Source: Alloascoidea hylecoeti (lineage: Eukaryota). From it: DNA of 64,000 nt. Location of the stretch: contig BCKZ01000021.1 in NCBI GenBank assembly GCA_001600815.1, forward strand, positions 62,001 through 126,000. Reading direction: 5' to 3'. A program made the position numbers and the translations under genes. Each line of letters begins with the position of its first letter. Position 1 is the first letter of the stretch. Shown here in pieces: positions 59,640 to 64,000 of the stretch. The notes under the pieces are model-generated. The model worked only from the letters and a program-made list of their open reading frames with translations, was not told the origin of the DNA and made no database searches.

Positions 59640-62600
59640 TTAAAATCCTCTTCTATTTCTAAATTGTGATCCTTTACCTCCAGGCCCTATGACCACAGAT
59701 TTCTTCTTTTTCGATTTCGCTAGTTGAGATTTTTCTTTTTTCTTTTCTTCTTCATACCTAAGACGATCTCCCTCTATTTCAGCTTCTAATTGCATTTTGC
59801 TAGAGTATTCTCTTTCTGTTGCTTTTCGATCTATCCCTGAGAACTCTTTCTCTTTTACACTATAAAATACTCCGCCATATTCAGCTAACCATTTAGGATC
59901 AACAGATGTTACTGTTGACATGTACTCTTTTGATGTCAGTACTAATTCATGATAGATAACATAATCGGGGAGATATCCAAGTCCAAATAAAGCTGATGTA
60001 GGATGTAAATGCATAGATAATGAAGTTCTAAGATTTTGATATTCACCAAACCCTTTGACCTTTGCGGCCTGATGGAAATAACCTGAGCATATACATTTTT
60101 TTATTATATCCCAATTATTCCCACATGAATCTGTCTTTAGGTTTTGACTTGTCATAATAGAATGAATTTGACTTCGAATATCCCTTGCTCTCTTTAAAGA
60201 TTTAGCATGTAAAAAGTGTTTTGAACACCAATAATCACGATAACCATTAGCTTTCCAAATGCTATAAACATTAAGTAAAGATAAATGATCAGATTCAGGA
60301 ACTAAAAACCTCTCTCTAGCTTGATCAGATTCTTCTTGACGCTCTTTTGGTCTATAAAAAACATTCGGAACAGAAAGCATGGCAACAATAGTTATCATTT
60401 CTTCAGCACATCCATTTTCAGATGCCATTATTAATAGTTTAGAAAGTGATGGTTCCATTGGGAATAATGCCATTTGTGAACCTAAGGGAGTCAACTTACC
60501 CAGATTTGTAAGTGCTCCAAGAGCCCATAGGTCATATAAACTTGCTGTCATAGTGTCTTCTGGTGGGGAATCCATAAAATCAAATTCCAGCAAATTATCA
60601 ACTCCTAAAGATTTTAGCAATAATAATGTATTTGAAAGATTAGTTCTCTGGATTTCTGGTATTGTTTGTTCATACATCTCATCTTTAGTAGCCCTACTAG
60701 TATACATTCTATAAGCTGTTCCAGGGCCAGTTCTTCCAGCACGACCTGACCTTTGATCGGCATTTGCAACCGATATGGGGACTAGTTGCAGAGTATCCAT
60801 TTTCATTCTAGGATTATAAACTTTCATCTTAGCATATCCAGTATCAACTACATATGAGATCCCGTCCACTGTTAATGAAGTTTCAGCAATATTTGTTGCA
60901 ACAATTACCTTTCTAACACCATGTTTAGGTTTTTCAAATATCTTTGCTTGCAAATCAGCTGGCATTTGTGAGTAAATCGGCAGAATCTCTAATGGCGGCG
61001 GTTCATTCAGTTCTGCTAACCTCTCAGCCAATACTTCACATGTAACTTCAATATCTTCTTGACCTGTCATGAAAACCAAAATATCACCAGCTGTCGTTGA
61101 CTGAAGATGAATCGTTAAAACTTGTTTTATAGCAGCTTCTACATAATCTTCAATAGGTGATCTGGTATACAGTACATCGACAGGGAAAGTACGACCAGGT
61201 ATGGTAAACTGAGGCGCACCTCCATAAAATCTGGAAAATCGATCAGCATTCATTGTAGCAGAAGTAACGATCAATTTTAAATCTCTTCTTCTTGATAGAA
61301 TCTTTTTAAAAAGCCCTAAAAGAATATCGGTATTTAAAGCTCTTTCATGAGCTTCATCCATAATGATACATGAATATTTTTCAAGATCCGATTGCTGTAA
61401 TGATTCTCGTAACAAAATACCATCAGTCATATATTTTATTATCGTTTTATCACTTGTAACGTCTTCAAATCGAATGGCGTAACCAACTTCTTCACCTAAT
61501 TTAACTTCCATTTCTTCGCTTACTCTTTTAGCAACACTCATGGCCGCTACACGACGTGGTTGTGTACAGCCAATCATTCCTCTTTTACCATATCCTTCTT
61601 CATATAGAAACTGGGTAAGTTGTGTTGTTTTACCTGAACCTGTTTCACCAATTATAATAGTTACTTGGTTGTCTCTGATTATATTGAGTAATTCCTGTCT
61701 TACAGCAAAAGCTGGGAGTGATTGCCTTTGCTGCTTTAGTGATTTGGCTTCTTCTTTTAGTTCATCTTCAGTTTGCTCTAGTTTCGAAATTTCTTTTAAA
61801 AATTTACCATTCGAATCACTATTAGGTTGGTTAGAAGATTCTTCTTTAACATTTAAAACATTGCCTAATGTTGTTCCAACAATACTCGAGGCATCTCTCG
61901 CTTGTTTTTGACGTTCTCGTTGTTGCCGGCGTTCTTTTACTAGATGACTCCCCTTCCTTGATACAACTGCCATATCACTATTTGGATCTCGAACAGATGA
62001 AATGGGATCTTTTTGTTTCGTTAATATATGTCGACCATCAAGAAAAGGAGGTTCTAAATGATGGACAGTGAGAATTTCTCTGACTTCTCTATCATCATCA
62101 AAGTTTAAATCAACATGGCCATTTTGAATAGTACCGGAAGTTAACATCCGATTTCGTTCCCATAAATCATTATCTCTTTGATTTTCTCGAGCTTTTGCAC
62201 TCATTCTTTTTGCTATTTTTGCTTCTAGTTGAGCTTCTCGGACAGTATCATATACACTTTCATCTCCAAAAGGGTTGTGTGAATCATCACCTGCGACTTG
62301 TCCAAACTCATCAGCGAGATACCAACCTCTCTCCTGAGTTAGCATAGACTCGGCATCATACTCACTATAATCCTTTTCTCTTGGATCTTCGTGGTTGTGG
62401 TGATGTCTTCTGTCGTCTGTATTGCTGTTGGTGTGCCTTGAATTATACTCACTTCTTTCTTGATTTTTTGAGTTATTTTGGTGAATCCTATCATCATTAA
62501 AACGATTTGAAGGAAATGTTTTTATAATAGGAGATGAATGTGCTGAACCTTCTTTTTTAAAAGTAGACTTATCAATCTTGGAAGCCCTTTGCTCACGAAT

Positions 62601-63113
62601 TTGTCTTAATCTTTCTGATGCTGTACTACTTAATATATCACCTCCTTCTTCTATATTATCCCTTTCCCGTTTTGCTGCTATAGCTAAAGAATATGTATGG
62701 CTTGGTTTTTTGAATTCAATCTTATTGCCTTGCTTTATAACTTTGTGTTCGGTATCATCACTTAATATATTATCTTCATTTTCATACTCTAATTTGATTT
62801 TTTTGTGTATTCTTTGTTGATGAGGTTGCGCAAGACCATTATTGGTTCTTTTTATAAATTCTCCAATAGGCTTTATTATATCTCCCGAATGCGATTTTAT
62901 TTCATTATAAATTTCTTCTAAAAATCCTCTATTAAATCTACCAAAAGCCATACAAGCAGACGCGAAACTTGTAGCATCTTTTTGATATTTAGCGATATTT
63001 ATAACCCTCTCGGCCAAAATATCACTTGAGTCTCTACCTAATTCCCTCCCTAACTTTGAAGCCAATTCATTTATAAACTGATTGATTTGTGAATCTTTAG
63101 AAGAACGGTTCAT
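59640..63113 (-). CDS. PRP16: DEAH-box splicing helicase Prp16/DHX38
   Basis: [41 protein letters not shown] and [11 protein letters not shown] at 63113. Confidence 0.96.
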   Translation of the reverse strand: MNRSSKDSQINQFINELASKLGRELGRDSSDILAERVINIAKYQKDATSFASACMAFGRFNRGFLEEIYNEIKSHSGDIIKPIGEFIKRTNNGLAQPHQQRIHKKIKLEYENEDNILSDDTEHKVIKQGNKIEFKKPSHTYSLAIAAKRERDNIEEGGDILSSTASERLRQIREQRASKIDKSTFKKEGSAHSSPIIKTFPSNRFNDDRIHQNNSKNQERSEYNSRHTNSNTDDRRHHHNHEDPREKDYSEYDAESMLTQERGWYLADEFGQVAGDDSHNPFGDESVYDTVREAQLEAKIAKRMSAKARENQRDNDLWERNRMLTSGTIQNGHVDLNFDDDREVREILTVHHLEPPFLDGRHILTKQKDPISSVRDPNSDMAVVSRKGSHLVKERRQQRERQKQARDASSIVGTTLGNVLNVKEESSNQPNSDSNGKFLKEISKLEQTEDELKEEAKSLKQQRQSLPAFAVRQELLNIIRDNQVTIIIGETGSGKTTQLTQFLYEEGYGKRGMIGCTQPRRVAAMSVAKRVSEEMEVKLGEEVGYAIRFEDVTSDKTIIKYMTDGILLRESLQQSDLEKYSCIIMDEAHERALNTDILLGLFKKILSRRRDLKLIVTSATMNADRFSRFYGGAPQFTIPGRTFPVDVLYTRSPIEDYVEAAIKQVLTIHLQSTTAGDILVFMTGQEDIEVTCEVLAERLAELNEPPPLEILPIYSQMPADLQAKIFEKPKHGVRKVIVATNIAETSLTVDGISYVVDTGYAKMKVYNPRMKMDTLQLVPISVANADQRSGRAGRTGPGTAYRMYTSRATKDEMYEQTIPEIQRTNLSNTLLLLKSLGVDNLLEFDFMDSPPEDTMTASLYDLWALGALTNLGKLTPLGSQMALFPMEPSLSKLLIMASENGCAEEMITIVAMLSVPNVFYRPKERQEESDQARERFLVPESDHLSLLNVYSIWKANGYRDYWCSKHFLHAKSLKRARDIRSQIHSIMTSQNLKTDSCGNNWDIIKKCICSGYFHQAAKVKGFGEYQNLRTSLSMHLHPTSALFGLGYLPDYVIYHELVLTSKEYMSTVTSVDPKWLAEYGGVFYSVKEKEFSGIDRKATEREYSSKMQLEAEIEGDRLRYEEEKKKEKSQLAKSKKKKSVVIGPGGKGSQFRNRRGF

Positions 63114-63274
63114 TATACATAATATGTATTGTGAAAAATAAAAGTTTAATATATGGGTTAAACTATACAGTGAATATAAGAGAATGCCTAAGTAATACAC
63201 AGCACATCAGGTTTTTCAGTTTTCCAACCTCCAATAGATAAATTAAAAGAGCTTTCACAAGTGACAAGATTCAA

Positions 63275-63859
63275 ATGTTCAGACCAATTGGGAAGTATGT
63301 TAATGGTGTTGCTGGGAAACAACCTGTTAGGTTTCTCTCAACAAAGTCAAAGGTGAATGGTAAAAAGCAAGCTTATAAATTGACAGAAATTCCAAATAAG
63401 TTCAATCGAGTCCGTTCAAGTTATAATTTGCGACCAAATCTTCCAGGTGGTCTTGCTTATATTCCTCCACCTTCAGCTCCACCGCCTTCTCAAACACCAA
63501 GTGTCTTTTTACCAGAGTCAGACCCAAGAAAACATTCAAATCTTCAGACCCAATATGATATAGAAAACATGCCCGCACTAAATGAACTAAGGGAGAAAAA
63601 ATATCACCTCACAGATGCTGATGCTGAAGAAATCAGACGACTTCGAGCAGAGGACCCTGTTAAATGGACTAGAAAAGCACTCTCAAAGAAATTTGGATGT
63701 TCACCCCTTTTCATCTCACTATGTTCAAGTGCAAGTCCCGATCAATTAATAAAGATGAATCAAAGGGTAGAATTTATTAAGGAAGGATGGTCAGAAAGAA
63801 AGAAGGAAGCAAGTGAACTAAGAAAACGAAGAAGGGAAATCTGGAATCGGGATGAATGA
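63275..63859 (+). CDS. MRPL20: Mitochondrial large-subunit ribosomal protein mL58
   Basis: Presequence, PPPSAP..TP.VFLPESDPR and KKYHLT....EEIRRLRAEDPVKWTRKALSKKFGCSPLF. Confidence 0.85.
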   Translation: MFRPIGKYVNGVAGKQPVRFLSTKSKVNGKKQAYKLTEIPNKFNRVRSSYNLRPNLPGGLAYIPPPSAPPPSQTPSVFLPESDPRKHSNLQTQYDIENMPALNELREKKYHLTDADAEEIRRLRAEDPVKWTRKALSKKFGCSPLFISLCSSASPDQLIKMNQRVEFIKEGWSERKKEASELRKRRREIWNRDE

Positions 63860-64000
63860 ACACATAACTGTAAATAAGTTCGCGCTTTGTTTCTAATGCT
63901 ACACAATATATAAAAGAATAAAAAAAAACGACACTAAAAATGTAAATAGAAAACATTTATCAAAGCAACAAATCTAACAAATTTAAGCTGATCTAATAGC

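Overview
This is an AT-rich (roughly 30% GC), intron-containing nuclear window from an ascomycete yeast. It looks like Saccharomycotina using the standard code, since CTG sits at conserved Leu positions. I can support 31 protein-coding genes: FAR11, LSM12, TEP1, TOM22, EPT1/CPT1, NDT80-like, DUO1, SCS3/FIT, an acetyl-CoA transporter, a DUF1776 protein, PDB1, a globin, COQ8, PRP43, an AZUL-HECT E3, AHA1, SOD2, DPM2, PKH/PDK1, DBP5, PMP3, an orphan membrane protein, a CTS1-type chitinase, pirin, POL32, CUE5, GLO2/4, a PPR protein, a CENP-B/pogo-derived gene, PRP16 and MRPL20. Several were rebuilt by hand from splice signals because the ORF track misses or fragments them (DPM2, PMP3, POL32, EPT1, SOD2, the orphan). 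Non-genic content includes two decayed copies of one Tc1/mariner family and a probable mitochondrial group IIA intron fragment. The main leads are: (1) COQ8 carries a natural AAGS A-rich loop, matching the engineered A339G/A197G mutation; (2) EPT1 has a TGA-CTA readthrough context whose extension would mask its KKxx motif; (3) there is an apparently domesticated pogo transposase; (4) the globin ends in a CaaX box; (5) sharp GC islands cut across genes. All family calls come from recalled motifs; no database searches were run.
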